Shown: positions 33,701 through 47,682, counted from the first letter of the whole stretch. The stretch is DNA of 51,254 nt, filler included, from Jimgerdemannia flammicorona (GCA_003990765.1; 2 parts of 2 records of this genome joined end to end with filler, not necessarily neighbours in it); one strand, 5' to 3'. The notes: generated by a model not told the origin, from the sequence alone. Numbers and translations: made by a program.

Positions 33701-36700
33701 CTGATTCAGTGCTATTCTGCACTGCTGTTGTATAAGATAACCTTGATTTCGCCTATATATCCTGGGTCAATAGTTCCTCCTTCCACAGTTATTCCTTGTC
33801 TGGCAAGTCCAGACCTTGAGGTCAGTTGGATGTAAGATCCTTGGGGTGGCTGTATGGCTAATCTGGTTCTGATAATGAAGGTTTTTCCAGGTTTGATAGA
33901 TTCATCCTCCAGACTGTGAAGATCATACCCTACATCTTCTGGGTGGGCTTTGGTCAGGGGTTTGGCCTTGGGATATAGCAGGGCATACTGGGCAATATCC
34001 TTGCTGAGTTCAGGTTGTCCTAGAGCTGAGGCTCTACTAGCAGAGAGCTCCAGGCTCTGAGGTTGAGGTGTGGCCATCTGGCTCCAGTAGAGAGGTCTTG
34101 GAGATAGTTGATTCCCCTTCTTCCTGTAGGGTCTAGAGCTTCCATGAAGTTGGTGGCATCTTCTGCCCATCCTTAGCAGGTTGCATGTCTGATGAGAGCT
34201 AGGATGTCTTCTCCCAAATTATAGATCTTGAAGATTCTTCTTCCTGGCTTCTTGGCTTAGCTTTTTCAGATCTGGCCTCTCTTGTCTCCTTTCTTTAAAG
34301 TATGGACTGCAACATCATGACTGCGGTGAATCTTCTGATGTCTGCAGTCTCAGTAGTCAGGGTGTCTCCCATGGTTGCAATATCCCATTGCTCGAAAATG
34401 GTGTTCCTGGTTGTTGATCTCTTGTTGCCTTGGGAATCAGTACTCATCTTGGTCATAAGTGGGTGGAAGAGTAGACAAGGGATATATTTCTGTCCAGGTG
34501 AAGAAGTCTTGTCCTCTAAATCGACTTTGTAATCTTGTAGTAACTTCTTGAAGGGTGGTTGACTGTGCAATTGTAGTTGGGGATTCTGGTCTCTGGGGTC
34601 TCTGTCTTTCTTGTTGATCCAACAGATGAAACTAATAGCAGTAATCTCGGGGAGAGTGGAAGACCATTTGGTGTGGACACCTTCCAAGCTGTAAAGTCTT
34701 CTCTTGGTGAGTTTCTTTCTTTGGGATAATGGTGATTGTACTGGGTCCTTCTTCCATGTTCCAAGGGTTATTGTCCTCAGGTAGTGTCTAATGAGGATCA
34801 TCCCAGGGAATGAGTTCAGGGACTTCTTCTTCTTCAGGTGCTTCTTGTTCAGGGACTTCTTGATCAGGAGTTTCTTCTTCCTCAGATGATTCTTGACCCC
34901 AAATTGCTTGTACTTCTGCAGCTTTGGTTGCAGGTGTTTCTGAAACATGTCTGCATTTCTTCTTCTTTCTGCACTCTGGGCAGGTTGTGCCAGGCAATTT
35001 CCTTGTTCCCATGATCTTGGAGGAGTGCTCAGGTCACTTGTGTCTCTTGAGGCAGATAGGGCATCCTTTGGCTTCTCCTGCAATAGCTCCAATAGTGATG
35101 GGGATGGTGTTCTTAGCCCACACATTGTCTTCTGGTCTGTCATCCACCAGGTTAATTCGGGGATTAAGTCTGGGATCATTTCCATCTTCAGATTCTTCCT
35201 CTTCTTCTGTGGTAGATTCTTCACTACTGGCATATTCTTCCTGAATAGTGACCTTCTTCTTCTTCTTTGATTGCTTATAGCTAGTCACCTTAACTCTATA
35301 TTTCTTGCCTCAGTAATCGAACTTGAGTACTTGTTGGCCAATGTCAACAACTGCATTCGTTTCCTTCATCCAGTTGATACCAAGAATCATGTCATCGGTG
35401 ATAGCTTCAGTGATAACAGCTTTAGGGATGGAGAACTGGATGTGTCCAAGAGAGATAGTGATATTTCATACTTCTCCAAGGGGTTGAGTTCAGGCTCCAT
35501 CTGCTACTATGATACTGAGGTTGGATGGTCTATCAATGGGCTATTGAAGGGTATCCAGGAACCATTTGGCAATGACACAGATAGCTGCTCCTGTGTCTAT
35601 GAGGATCTTTGCCTTTTGTCCTCCAATATCTCTATGTAGGTAGGTGCTGACATGTCTTTCAGCTGCCTGAACAGGGATGGGAACTGGTTCTTGCTGTAGA
35701 ATTGGGACTTAGCCAGTGCTAGACCTGGTGGTTCTTAGTAATTTGTTTTGGACTCCAGCTGGTATCAGTTGTAGGAACTGCAGGAGGGGAACTTCCATCT
35801 TGGCCTCTTGAAGCTTCTGCCAGGCTTCATTGTAGATGTCTCTGGGCATGGTTTTTGGGGTATACTTTTTCTTGGGCTTTTGGGCAACAGGTCCCTGTTC
35901 TTCTTGTTCCATTTCTTCATCCTCTGGTGACAACTTATTTGTCTCAGGAACAAAAGGTGAGGGGGTTCGGGGAGGTGTTTCTACCTGCTCCTCTTCATGT
36001 TCTTCATCCTGCTCTTGAATAATTCTTCTGCTGATGTTCCTGAATGGCCTTCCTACAGGTCTCTTCCTTTTCTCTGCTGGGTAAACTGTTTTTCGAGAGG
36101 TGACCTTGGTAGGGTACAAGTCTAGATCACTATAGTCTTCACTGTTGCTTGCTTCCTCGAAATCTTCCACAGGATAGGCTTCAGTCTTCCTGTACTGAAT
36201 GTCATTCCTTTGGTTTGGTGGTTCTGAGTCCCTTCAATCACTTCTTTTGTTGTCACATTCAGTGGTATAGTGTCCAAATTGTCTGTAGTAGAAGCATTGG
36301 GCTTGGGCTCTGTCTCAGACAGGATATCTTCTATCTTCTTGCTGATAACCCCTGTTATCTCTGGGTGGATATCTTCTTTCTTCTTGCTGATAACCCCTGT
36401 TATCTCTGGGTGGATAACCTTGGCTCCTCTGTGGTGGATATCCTCTGTTGTTTTGGTAGCTCCTATTTTTACATATAGTGAATTTTTCAATCTGTCCAAC
36501 CAATTGGTCCAACTTGGAGCTGAGGTCTTGGATTTCATTTCTGTCCTTCTTTCCTTCCTTGGCTGGCCTTCTTTCTTCAGATCTTTCTTGTCCTTGAAGG
36601 AGTCCTTGTAGGGCTTTGACCAGGATGTCTTCTTTCTCTTCTTTTCTATCATGATTGCTCCAGGTAGTTTCTTGCCTGACATCAAAGAATTCTTGGGCTG

Positions 36701-37202
36701 CATCTACTTGCTCTTTGGACCTTCTGATGCCTAGGGTGCAGACATGCTGGGAAATGTTTGGGGGAATTCCATTCATGAAGGTCATTGGACCAATGATGTC
36801 CTGATTAGTGGCATTGAACCCAGCAGCATGTATTCTCTTCTGGATTCTTATGAAGAAGGCTCTGGGTGATTCTCCAAGATTCATCTTCATCTCCATGATA
36901 GATTCCTGAGCCTTGTGGCGGGTTTCATTTCCTGTATACTTTTCAATGAGCCAGTGGACCATGGCCTCATATTCAAGCTCATAGGACATTGCTGCTTGTA
37001 TCTGCCTTGCCAGTTCTGAATCTGGGTTGTTTGCTATTTGATGGAAAATTTCTCTGGCTGGTTCTCTGAGCTGAGCTTTGTAGATGGCAATTTTTCTTTC
37101 ATCTGAGAGATTCCTTAAGGCTGCAATTCCTTCAATTCCATCAAGGAATTCTCTGGGGTCTTCCTCTAGGTATCCTGCAAAGGTTGGCAATAAGGTGGCC
37201 AT
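30792..37202 (-). pseudogene. gag-pol of element E
   Basis: ORF fragments 36315-37202, 35709-36170, 33712-34170, 32658-32984, 31972-32562 and 30792-31196. The gag carries a 45-nt tandem repeat (YPPRDNRGYQQE x2). Confidence 0.9.
33586..33990 (-). pseudogene. dUTPase domain of element E
   Basis: DVGYDL, SRSGLA, GTIDPGYIGEI, QKIAQ, RQAKGFGSS. Confidence 0.92.
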
Positions 37203-37738
37203 TTCTTTGTCACTTTCTTCTAATTCTGGTTTGGGTTTGAATTCTGATTCTGGTTCACTTTCTGAGCTATTACTAGAGGTGGGGGTGCTTGTGTACCATG
37301 AGAATAGTGTTCTGGACCTTGAATGAAGTGGAGTAAGTCTAGGTATTCTTGTAGGAGCTACTTCTAACTCTGTAAGGAGTTGTGGTAAAGGTTCTATTAA
37401 TGCAATTGATGGAGCTGATATGGGGCATCTGGCTGTAAGGTCTCAGGTTCATGTGATAAGATCTTTGAGTTCTTGTACAAGTTCTTCATAATCTCTAGTA
37501 GGGCTGCCTTTATTGTCTAGTTGATCTGGTTGGCGATTTCAGGCTGTACTGCCTTCTGGTTGGGAACCTTCTGATGCTGGGTAGTTGGTAAGTCTTGATG
37601 TGATTACTTCTCTTCCTGTCCTAATGCTGGTGATGACTAGTTCTCCTGTAGTGGCAGAGATTGGTGTTGTATGTATCAAATGTATCCAGTTTGACTGTGG
37701 GTTCTTATGAACTGAAAAGTCATGTCGATTTTGAAATC

Positions 37739-37756
37739 TTCCCAGTTGAGCCCCCA
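37739..37756 (-). promoter_or_regulatory. Primer-binding site of element E, tRNA-Pro-like
   Basis: TGGGGGCTCAACTGGGAA lies 2 nt after the LTR end. It resembles the tRNA-Pro PBS TGGGGGCTCGTCCGGGAT once CpG decay is allowed for. Confidence 0.75.
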
Positions 37757-37758
37757 AA

Positions 37759-39087
37759 TGTAATGTGCCTGGCTCAATGGAGACAAATTACAAGGTTGGG
37801 GAAGGATGTAGTTTGGCTTGAGCCCCCAGTTACTTTTTCAAAAAGCAACAAAATGTTCTAAGATTCCTGAGGTCCTTGGTGTCTAGTGGTATAATAGTCA
37901 AAGCTGGATATCTGTAAGTGATTTGTATATTGGTTTCCTAATTGGGACAGTTCTCTGGGTATAGCAGCGATTTGTGTGTATGAATGGGTTTCCTTCTTAG
38001 GTCAACTGGGAATGCCACAATTTTGTATAGTGAGGCAATTTCCAAAAGTATGCAATTTCTGAGAGACAGTCTTGGTGTGATGATCTCTGTGTAGTGCGAC
38101 AATCTTCTGGGTGTAACGGTCTGGCAATTTAGCAGTTCTCCTTATGTGATTTCTGCATGACAATCTCTATGTAGCATGATGGGTTTCTTATACAGGATGT
38201 TCTGATAATCTGGCAAATAACTCGATTTGGCTCACTGGGAATAGAGGATGGTGCGGATCCTTCTTACTGAGAATTGTACTGGTGGCAGGTTCTTCTGTAT
38301 CGGCTCACTGGGAACAAACAAATAATTCGGCAGTGAGTAACTCAGATGACTCAGATAACTCAGATGTTGCGGAAACTTGGATGGCATGAATTGGGTTCTC
38401 CTGGGAATGTAGATAAGTTGAAAATGGCAGATGACATGGCTTCTCCTGAATTGGCAGGCTTCTGGGAAATAACTTGGATGGTGCAGATTCTTCTGAATCA
38501 GTGGCTTCAACTGGGAATATAGTGGATAACTCGAAATGCAGTGAAGTTCTTTCTCGAACTTGGCAGCAGACTTCAGGCTTATCTGGCAAGCAGACCAAAA
38601 ACAGACTCATTCTTTGTATCAGAAAGTAGACTGGAGTGGAAGAGAAGAGAACCAAGCTTACAACTTCTTGGCAGTGGCTCATTGGCAGGCATATCTCCTA
38701 AGTGTTACAATCCTTCCTGGATCAAGTGACTTTTGGCAGATGTTTCTCCTAAGTGTATCAGACAATTGACTTTTGCTTTGGTTTGTATTCATCTTTTGGA
38801 CTGAGATTTATTCACTCTTGTCTCTGGAGAATTTATACATTGTGGTTGTTATTTGGTTGCTATCTGGCTAACTATAGATCTACTATTTATGGTGTGTTTG
38901 GGTGGATGGTCACTGTCTGGCAGATAGCCACTGTCCAGGGGACAACCACTGTTCACATTATTCCCTTCTTTGGCTATCTGGTTATTTATACATTTTTCCA
39001 CAGCAATGGTTACTGGTTACTATACTATACTAATGTTCACATCACCTGGTTAGTTTTTGAGATTGCTATATTTCATGGTTTGTTACA
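37759..39087 (-). repeat. 5' LTR of element E (1329 bp)
   Basis: TGTAACAAAC (39087) ... CATTACA (37759), followed by the PBS; matches the 3' LTR and the LTR at 45685-47021. Confidence 0.92.
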
Positions 39088-42000
39088 ATACCATTGGGTT
39101 GATCAGGATAGAAATTTCTACATAAATTTCCTGCTTAATTTCCTTGAATCAAATATTATATTAAATGACAATATAAATTTTCTATGAATTCTACAAACTA
39201 TATGCTACTCTATTGTATTTAAGAAATATATACTTATCTACTTTAGACTCAAATTTATCTCTATTATTATTCTTATTCAAGATGTAAGCCTTACTTCTAA
39301 ATATCTGTAGATATAAAATATCTAACTTAGATCTACATCATAATTCTTTAGGAGTAAGATCACCATTATTTCTAAATCATTGATTATTATTATTAGATTT
39401 GCTAGATCCATCAGAGTCTTTACTTAAAGCTCAAGAAATATAGTGATTTTGAGTATATGCCACTATATTTACCACTTCAGCCCAGAAGGAGTATGGTAAG
39501 TTAGCCATATTCATCAATATTTAAGCCATCTCTACTACTGTTTAATTAAAGTACTCTGCTACACCATTCTGCTCAAGTTTATAAAGAGCTATTATAGAAT
39601 ATTGAATACTGTACTTCTTCAAGAAGTATCAGAAGGATTTGTTAACATATTTCTTACTATTATCTAAGTATACTATTTATAACTTATGTCCTATTTCATT
39701 CTCTACAATTGTCTTAAATTTTCAAAATTTCTCAAATATATCATTCTTTACTAGAAGGAAGATTATATAGATTTTTAAGTATAATTATCAATAAAAGTGA
39801 TGAGATACTTCTTTCTAAAGTATGTTATCATTCATATAGAGCTACAGATGCCATATATATCATGTTGAGAATACTGGCCACTTACTTCATATATTCCTGA
39901 AAAGGTTACTGAGAAGCCTTATTTACTATATATCAATTATAAAAGCTAAGATCTGATGGCTTATAGTTTGGTAATCTATATTTAGATTTACTCCTTATTA
40001 TTTATTTCAAGTTTGTCTTGCCAATATGTCCTAACTGTTCATACTATATATACTAGAGATTCTCTCTAGTTATATATAGCAGAATATATAGATGATATAC
40101 TACTCAGTATACCATTGATTACATATAGGTTCTTTTTTTTGATACATATATTAACTCTTTATTATTCTTTAGATTGATTACTATTATATTATTTGGTAAT
40201 ATATTTACTCTGTTAGCTCCTCAAGCTATTATCTAGTCAATTGAGAAGAGATTCTTACTGATATCTAAAGTATATAGTATATCTACAAAGGTGCTTGAGA
40301 GTTTATTGACTTTTCTATATATGTAGATAAATACTGACATTTCTCTTGCCTTAAGTATAAATGATATTATTATCATCTAGTTTGATAGGTATGAGATACT
40401 TGAACTTCTCATATATAGAGAACTACTCATAGTGAGCTATTATATACTATGTAATTCTAGAATCTATGAGCCAAACTTCTCTGCTACATATATATATAAG
40501 TGCTCAGTATATAGCTTGCATTTATGCTGAAACTGACATTAATATTTTCTGTTTTTATAATTTCTTTTGCATATTGATATGTCAATACTTCTGCAAAAAA
40601 CAGGTCTCTATTATTTCTACTGCATTTATTGTTTCTGTTATTGTTGGTATTTATAATATTTATCGTCCATTATCTATGTTACTCATCTTGGCCACTCTTT
40701 TCCTTTTTCTTATAATTGCTATCTTGTTTATAATATCTATGCTTATTAAAGTAGAAGTATTTACTATTAATTTTCTCACATTGCTAACCTTGGTCTCATT
40801 CTTTGCTCAGCTTGCCTTTACCTCTCCCATATACTCTATAGAAGGCTTTTTCATCACCATCATTATTGTCATTGCTGCTCAGTCTTGATTTCTCATTTAA
40901 AAGACTTATGATGATATGCTTATAGTTCATTAGTTTGCTAGATTCTCTCATAGTAGTAACAACTTGTTATATATCTTGAGAAGACCATATATAAGGGCCA
41001 GAACCTTGTCTTTATTCTTGATGAGTTCTGTCAGTATAGAAAGAGAGTTCACTTGATTCACCAGATCATCAACATAGTTGGTGTAGTCTCAGATGCTCTT
41101 CTTAGACTTTATTCAGAGATTAAACAGTTGGACTTTTAGATAGAATCTCTTTGATATAGATGTCTGCTGGTAGTGATTGTGTAAGTGCACAACCTCCAAG
41201 CCACCAAAATCGCATAGCATCCTCAGAACTAATTTGGAAACCACATGCAAGACTACAAAACAAGTTACTGAAGAGATCATCTAGTTATACGAAATACGCC
41301 AGTAAGCATGAGAACCCACCACCAAGATACAAGAATACTAGAAGAAGTACTATAACTATAAGACTGACTCTGAACTGCTATAACCAGTTTGGTGTACTGT
41401 ATTATTACAAAAGGAAACCGAAAGTACCAAACTCAAATTGAGACAAGAAGAACCCTATCTCATCTACCAAAAGGTTCACAAACTACACTTATCAACTCAA
41501 GACCAAGATACACTACAACTATACAAGACCTCATTACTTAGCAGAAGCAAAGCGCATTTGAACAACTCTGTTCACTCTATCTGTGTCATCTCTATTGGAG
41601 AGTGACAGATGCTTCATCTGAACTCAAGAAAGCTGACAATGTCGAAACCAATCTCAAGCCATCCATATGACAGATATTACTACTAGAAATTGCCTTGGAT
41701 TATAGAAAATATCATTTCCAAGAGGTTCGAACCCCCAGCCATGACATTGGGAGCCCTTGCCCTAGATAAGAATGGCCAGTCCTCGCAAATGTACCAGCAG
41801 ACCAAAAAAAAAAGAGAACCAAGATCTGTTATCCTTGTACAACCACCACCACTAAAGACAGCCTTAATCTTGCAAGAGATAGAAGTGACAACATCTTGAA
41901 ACTGATGATGTCCAAAGTCAGAAAACTGTTCAGACTTTGCCAGTGATGATATCATCAATAGTGATATCATCAAAGACTAACCAGATAGCACTGAAATCTA

Positions 42001-43287
42001 TAAATAGCTTAGCAGTCATAGTATAGTTAGATTAGCCTTATACAACGTGACTGTAAACTGACTCAGCAGTCAGACGATCACTTGACATGTCAGATCACAC
42101 TTGTACTATGTGACTGCATTCTGACTCAGCAAGGCACTAAGTGCTATATCCATATTCAGCATAGTCCAGATAGCCCCTCACTAGTATAAATACCCCCTCC
42201 CCCAGACCTCAGAATCTCAGACTCGAATACACAAGAACATTTCTGAACACTTCTCCACCATATCCCTTCACACAACTACTCCTAGTATAGCAATATTATG
42301 AATAGTGAATAAACCTATTTAATAACCCACAAACCACTCTTAAGTAAATCTGCTCCCTGTTAGGTCCCACTCCTAACCCCATCACGAAATTTCCTAATTG
42401 GGTATTGTCTGCAGCGATATGTTGATTCAACTTAGCTGGCCTTAGTTTTTTGAACTTTCTGAAATATGGAAAATCCTGAATATCCAGAACTAGTCTGAAA
42501 AAGGACTTTGGTTGAGACATCAACCTGAACTCGAAATCAATAAGCATAGAGGACATACTCCATATGAAATTGATCTTGACCATAAGAAAACGGTCTTCCA
42601 GAATATCCAGAACTTCCAGAAAACTCTTCCAGAACTATGTAATGATTACCCTAAAAAGCAACCCTCTTACAGATTGTATAAGATCTCCCAGACTTCATTT
42701 ACTATCATAGTATTGATGATAAGTTTCATTTATATATTCAAAAGAGAGAACATAATCTACCTTAGTGCTCTATGATCCATATAGCTTTATATATCATTAT
42801 TTATATCTGTGGCTTTCAGTAATCTTCCAAACTATATTCTTTTAAGAGATTCATCATATAGTATATCCATATGATGTAATCTTTACTATTAAAGACAGGA
42901 ATCATCCTCTTTATCATCATCAGTACCATGGTAGTCATGGCTGTCATATTAGTTATACTTATACTACCAGTACTCATTCCAAGTCCTGTTCTACTTATAC
43001 TACTTGGCTGACTTATGTTTGATGTACTGCTAGTATTAACCAATATTATAGCATAGTGTAGCATATATGTTAGAGCTATATTTGTTATCTATTTTTGCTT
43101 ATAGAGCTTTTAATCTTTTATTATAGAATACTTAGAAGAGTGAAGAAAAATATAAAAAAAAGAGAGTATTATTTATTAATACTAACTTATGTACTTTTAT
43201 ACATATTAATAATATTTATATAATAATATAGTCAGGGTTAGACTGCACCACTCTATATCAAGTTACCATAACCAAGATATTTCAATA
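39088..43287 (-). mobile_element. Heavily mutated Ty1/Copia element 'G' (5' LTR 43287-43119, gag, protease, integrase), interrupted by solo LTR D and cut by element E
   Basis: Gag EVWEILYN/HYQQTSISKRFYLK spans the D insertion. Integrase remnant EQNGVAE..N..VVEMA at ~39570. The LTR is similar to 44289-44448 and 47683-47857. Confidence 0.78.
41180..42671 (+). mobile_element. Solo LTR 'D' (1492 bp) with a 5-bp TSD GATTG
   Basis: Perfect inverted termini TGTAAG...CTTACA; GATTG at 41175-41179 and 42672-42676; TATAAATA 42185, AATAAA 42308. The Copia gag frame continues across it. Confidence 0.92.
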
Positions 43288-44288
43288 ATAATAATTAGAA
43301 GATATATGACATTATCATAGACTTTATAAATATTAGTAAAATAATTTATATGAGTATTAATCTTATAAAGAGCCTAAAGCTGATAATAGATAATTTGTTA
43401 CCTAGTAACAATTAAATCATTACTATCATATATAATAATACTAATATATAACAATAATACTCTATTTGAAAATCTCTATCATCTGCTTGCTTATATTTAC
43501 TATTTTGAATATATGTTAAATCTTATTGCTCATGATGCTCTTAGTTCTCTTAGTGATCTCATTGGAAAGCTATGAGAGTTAATAAAGAAGAGCAAAAATT
43601 CAGCATAATGATATGTACAACTGTGAATTCTTCAGAATTTCCATTTTGAAGCCTCTCTTAGATATTATGACAAAATAGAGTTCTATATATGAAATGTTAG
43701 TACATATTCTAGAGATTTGTAAGATGAGATTTTGAATCTATTTATATAGATTTTAGAATGTGATACAACAGTATTTTGATACTAAATAAATTAATATTAT
43801 ATCTAAATAGAGTTTAGATATATTGTATACTATAGATAAGCAAATGAGTAATATATCTGAAGATGTATAGTAATAATTTAAATTGATTTACCAATTTCTC
43901 AAGTCTTTTGCCAAAGTAACAATCATAATGTCAGCTTTAAAGTATCCTACAATAGCAGCTGTGATCTCACTATTTAATTAACTATGTAATTATCTTGAAG
44001 ATATTATCAATACATATTAAACTGATAAATATTTTAATTAAGTAATTATATGATTTTGAAAGTAATTTTATTTGTATATTTGGTTGGGAAGTAATATATA
44101 TATATTTTAATTTATTTTTATTTTTTCATAGATAATGCTTACTATTACTGAGAATATATGTACAAAACTTCTAAAATATTATTACAAGATGAAACCATTA
44201 TATAGCATAGCTGTGATCTTAGATCTATATATTAATATATACTATTTCTATTATGAGTAATGAAAAAATTGTTAATTGATAAATGGAA
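43288..44288 (+). pseudogene. Eroded hAT-family transposase fragment
   Basis: After allowing for C>T/G>A changes, remnants of IITITxDN, CxxHxLNLIA, TRWxSxYEML, FLKPFAKVT..SxxKYPT and IAVILDP appear in the expected order. Confidence 0.6.
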
Positions 44289-45684
44289 TGTTATAGAATA
44301 CTTGAAAGATAGATGAAGAGAAGTAGTGATTCTTTATTAATACTAGTTTATATACTTTTATAAATATTAGTAATATTTATATAATAATATAGTTAGATTA
44401 TAGCTATACTATTATATACTGAGTTACTATAACTAAGATATTTTAACACTCTTACTCAATGAGATATATTCCAGAATATGCAATAAAAAAACTAATTATG
44501 ACCAACTGAGTGCTATCTAAATAACCAGAAAAGGTAAAAATACTCTGTTTATAAGTATGAAAATAGGTCAATAGGATAGTGAAAAATTAAAATCCTAAGT
44601 AATATTAATATAAGAAAATTACCCATAACTAGATAAGACTAGAAATATTGCTAAATCTATATAAAATATACAAGATGCAGTAAGAGGAATTTTAGTATTC
44701 CAAAAAACTTCCCATAATTACTGTATTGTTATTATTGCTATTGCTTGCTACTTGCTGATATAGAATTATCACTTACTGGCATATAGTTCCTATTTGGTAA
44801 TATAGAATTATTCATAAGTCTCATTTCTTGCACACATAAGTTAAACTTTGCCTTTGGAAGAGTATTAGTCAACAAATACACTATTATATACTCTATTGGA
44901 GTATATTCTAGATGAATAGTACTATTTTCTACATATTTCTATATAAAATAATATTGTATATTAATATATTTAATCCTTGTATAATGTATAGAGTTCTTAG
45001 CTATAGCAATTATAGATTGATTGTTATATTGGAGTATTGTAAAGTACAATTGATCATATCTTAACTTCTTTAGTAGTTCTCAAAGCTATATAGCTTTCTT
45101 TATTACTATATATAATACATAATACTCTGCTTACATAGATGATGTTGTCACTAAATATTGCTTATATATTTGCTATAAAATAGTTCTATTTTTGCTGATT
45201 TTAAAGAGATATCTGATCATAGACCATCTGTTATTCAGATTACCAGCCCAATTAATATCATATATATCAGATAACCTTATAGTACTCCTACATAATCTGT
45301 TACTACTTAAACTTAGTATATAGGGTATTATACTTTTAATATATCTAAAAATATACTTAATTGCTATCTAATGTAAATTGATATAGTAGAATGAGTACTA
45401 CTCCACTTTGTTGACTATATATAATATATTAGGTCTTATTCTAAGTATAAGATATATGAGAGATTCTATAGCTTACTGATAGAAGATATTATTATCTTTA
45501 GGTATATTAGACTTCTTTAGCCTTATAGATGTCTCCATAGAGGTTCTGATAGATTTATATTCACTATACTAAATCATTCAAGTATAGTCCAAATATATAT
45601 AGCTTGTGATATATATATAGTGTATTTATACCTATTATATATGATCAATATTTCAAAAAGATAGGATATATTATCCATATATAT
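44289..45684 (-). mobile_element. Heavily mutated Ty1/Copia element 'I' (RT C-terminus, RNase H, PPT, 3' LTR 44448-44289)
   Basis: Collinear with Copia H over 47850-49000 (e.g. aaactttgcctttggaag, gtctccat, ctcaa.gagata) but with most C/G lost. Confidence 0.82.
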
Positions 45685-47682
45685 TGTGATAAACTAAAAT
45701 ATACCACCCAAATTATAACTTAGCCAGATGCTGTGAATATATAGTATAGTAACCAGTAACTATTGCTATGGAAAACTGTGTAAATAGCCAGACTACTAGA
45801 TAAGATACATATATCTGTATAAAACCTGCACACCTGTACAAGACCTGTACACCTGTGTAAGACCTACACACCCATGCAAGACTTGCATATTTACCATAGA
45901 TAGCAATCTATAATTAGCAATTTAGTAACCAGATAGCAACCACAACTATATAAAATACTCCAGAGACAAGAGTGAATAAACCTCAGTTCGAAATTCAAAG
46001 TGAAAGACAAGTCTGCCTATCACACTTTGAGAGGAACTCTACAGCCACTGCTTGGAGATTGTGAGCTTGTTTCCCTCTCTGGTCTACTTTCTGATACAAA
46101 GAATGAGTTCATTTTTGGTTCACTTGCCAGATAAGCCTGAAGTTTGCCACCAAGTTTAAGGAGAACTTTACTGTCATTTGAGTAATCTACTACTTAAGGA
46201 ATAAACTACCATTTCCAAGTTATCTACATTCCCAGAAAGCCTAAGAGAAAGCTGCCTTGCTCGAGCCAGTTTCTGATGTAACTTTATAGTGAATCTGTTT
46301 GTACAAATAAAGCCAGTCTTTGATGTAACTTTGCTGAGAGACCCTTTTTCAAAGCTGTCAGTTGTTCATATTCCCAGTTGAAGCTGCCGATTCAGGAAGA
46401 ATCTGCATCATCTGAGTTATCCATACCATCTGAGTTATTTCCCAGTTAAAGCTGCTGTTTTCAAGAAGCCTGCTGATTCAGAAGAATCCATGACATCTGA
46501 GTTATCCAAATTATCCAAGTTATCAGAATTATCTATGATATCTGAGTAATTTGTTGTTTCTAGTGAGTCTGAGAAGAATCTGCTGCCAGTATAATTCCCA
46601 GTAAGAAGAATCTGCACCATCTTTTATTCCCAAACTGCCAATTTAGGAGAATCCATACCAAATCGAGTTATCTACCAAATTATCAGAATGTCCCACATAA
46701 GGAACCTACTACACTATAGAGATCATTGCACCATACAAGAGATTGTTACCCAGAAATCACATACTTTTGGAGATCATGCTACACATGAATTTCTACCAAT
46801 TCTCAGTTGACCAAAGAAGGAAATCCATTCACACACGAATTGCTGCTACACCCAGAGAACCATTCCAATAAGGAAATCACTTGCAGATATCCAACTTTGA
46901 CTATTATACCACTAAACACCAAGAACATTTTGTTACTTTTAACAAAGTAACAAGGAGCTCAAGCCAAAATACATCAACCCCCAACCTTGTAATTTGCCTC
47001 CATTGAGCCAGGTACATTACATTTGGGAGCTTAACTGGAAATATTTCAAAATTGATATGACTTTTCAGTTCATAAGAATCTACAGTCAAACTGGTTATAT
47101 TTGATACAACACCAATCTCTGTCACCACAGGAGAACTAATTATCACCAGCATCTGGACAGGAAAAGAAGTAATCATATCAAGACTTGCCAACTACCCAGC
47201 ATTAGAAGGATCTCAACCAGAACCAGAAACCAGTACAGCCCAAAATCCCCAACCAGATCAACCAGACAATACAGGTGGCTCTGTTGGAGACTTTGAAGAA
47301 CTTGCACAAGAACTAAAAGATCTTATTATACAAGTATGAGATCTTACAGCCAGATACCCCATACCAATTCCACCAATCTCACTAATAGAACCTTTACCAC
47401 CAGCCTTTGCAGAATTGGTAGTAGCTTCTACAAGAATACCTAGGCTCATTGCACTCCATCAAAGGTCCAGAACACTATCCTCAGGATACCTAAGCACCTC
47501 CATCTCTAGTGATAGCTCAGAAAGAGAATCAGAATTAGAATCTGGACCAGAACCAGAATTAGAAGAAAGTGATGATGAAATGACCACCTCATTGCCAACC
47601 TTTGCAGGATATCCAGAGGAAGACCCCAGAGAATTTCTTGATAGAATTGAAGGAATTGTAGCCCTGAGGAATCTCTTAGATT
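45685..47682 (+). mobile_element. Gypsy element 'F' (E family): 5' LTR 45685-47021, PBS 47024-47041, gag start 47580, truncated by Copia H
   Basis: LTR TGTGATAAAC...CATTACA is homologous to the E LTRs; gag MTTSLPTFAGYPEEDPREFLDRIEGIVALRNL matches the E gag. Confidence 0.9.

Larger units (their letters stand above)
28981..39087 (-). mobile_element. Near-complete Ty3/Gypsy element 'E' (LTR-gag-PR-insert-dUTPase-RT-RH-IN-ORF3-LTR), degenerate
   Basis: Two collinear LTRs, PBS, PPT; gag LPTFAG, knuckle CFY(Y)RQFGHYTTEC, protease LIDTGAA, dUTPase, RT WRLCVDYRKLN/YMDD, RNase H YTDAS, integrase TERMNQTIK. Confidence 0.95.

Noticed and set aside
40466..40888. Hydrophobic 140-aa ORF suggesting a membrane protein
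   Set aside because: It is the antisense frame of A-rich eroded Copia gag.
41902..41940. CTGATGA...GAAA resembling a hammerhead ribozyme core
   Set aside because: Stem II does not pair and stems I/III with an NUH site are not evident. The bases fit better in a separate hairpin (caaagtc/gactttg).
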